Source: Rhodosorus marinus CCMP1338 | Taxonomy: Eukaryota; Plantae; Rhodophyta | Reading direction: 5' to 3' | DNA: 64,000 bases | NCBI GenBank assembly: GCA_029953675.1 | Contig: JAMWBK010000005.1 | Coordinates: forward strand, 3,100,001 to 3,164,000 | Shown: piece by piece, positions 63,506 to 64,000 of the stretch | Position numbering within the stretch: position 1 is the first letter of the stretch | How the letters are laid out: every line of letters begins with the position of its first letter | The notes under the pieces: generated by a model | Seen by the model: only the letters and a program-made list of their open reading frames with translations | Told to the model about the DNA's origin: nothing | Databases searched by the model: none | Program-made: the position numbers and the translations under genes

Positions 63506-64000
63506 ATGGCGGGGGAAGATGTGGTGAACCTGACCGGGGTTCCGGAGACGATGCTTTGGACGCTTCACAATCGAGCTGATGAGGCGCGGAGAACTGATGG
63601 GTTCGTAAAGGATGATTTGTGTTTGAATATCTATGAATCAATAGACTATGACTACGTGAGAAGCTTCGGACGACCGGATTCCTCGCACGGATGGAGGTCG
63701 AGTCAATTGGACGAGTGGTTAAGGAAATGGATCGACCGAAACGACGGGGGAATTGTCATAGAACTTGGCGCTGGGCTGGAGACGCAGTTCTACAGGGTAA
63801 TGGATGATCGAATTCGCTGGTATGCGGTCGATGTTCCCGAGGCTATGGCCGTGAGAGAAAAGTATATTCCGGCACACGAAAGGCTTGTAAATATAGGGAA
63901 AAGCGCGCTGGACTATACCTGGCTCGACGATGTTCCAGAGGGAAAGGACGGCAAGGCATTTGTCAGCATGCAAGGATTGCTGATGTACTTCCGCGAAGAG
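63506..64000 (+). CDS. Second copy of the LCM/TcmP-like methyltransferase; 3' end beyond the window
   Basis: MAGEDVVNLTGVPETMLWTLHNRA...MQGLLMYFREE is open for 165 codons to the window edge and is homologous to 44112-44933. Confidence 0.9.
   Translation, partial: MAGEDVVNLTGVPETMLWTLHNRADEARRTDGFVKDDLCLNIYESIDYDYVRSFGRPDSSHGWRSSQLDEWLRKWIDRNDGGIVIELGAGLETQFYRVMDDRIRWYAVDVPEAMAVREKYIPAHERLVNIGKSALDYTWLDDVPEGKDGKAFVSMQGLLMYFREE

Noticed and set aside
1-64000. tRNA, rRNA, telomere arrays, Fanzor/TnpB or DNA transposase genes
   Set aside because: I saw no diagnostic motifs by eye; tRNAscan-SE, Infernal and HMM searches would be needed to exclude them.

Overview
Eukaryotic nuclear DNA, probably from a red alga. 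This is an inference from compact genes with 78-265 nt GT-AG introns, an MxAAFV-type plastid transit peptide and CRE-like retroelements. The window has two compartments. (1) About 1-24.4 kb is gene-dense: TRAP-alpha/SSR1, a truncated mitochondrial AMP-binding-like protein, a TM-RING-H2 ligase, CKS1, a plastid-targeted NUMOD3 + DnaJ-zinc-finger fusion, a bacterial-type EcxA-like metzincin and small hypothetical genes. (2) About 24.5-64 kb is a nested retroelement island. It holds four families (my labels A-D) of CRE/SLACS-like non-LTR elements with RT and a restriction-like endonuclease (REL), two larger Ty1/copia elements, a young Ty3/gypsy with LTRs and TSD, and several relics. The only host-like genes in the island are two intronless bacterial-type SAM methyltransferase paralogs. 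Many insertions reassemble by hand from target-site duplications (TSDs). The main find is the biology of these non-LTR elements: an unrecognised ORF1 joined to ORF2 by a conserved stop-start overlap, YHDD/FHDD active sites, no N-terminal zinc fingers, and family-specific simple-repeat tails instead of poly(A). All calls come from manual motif reading; no database search was run.
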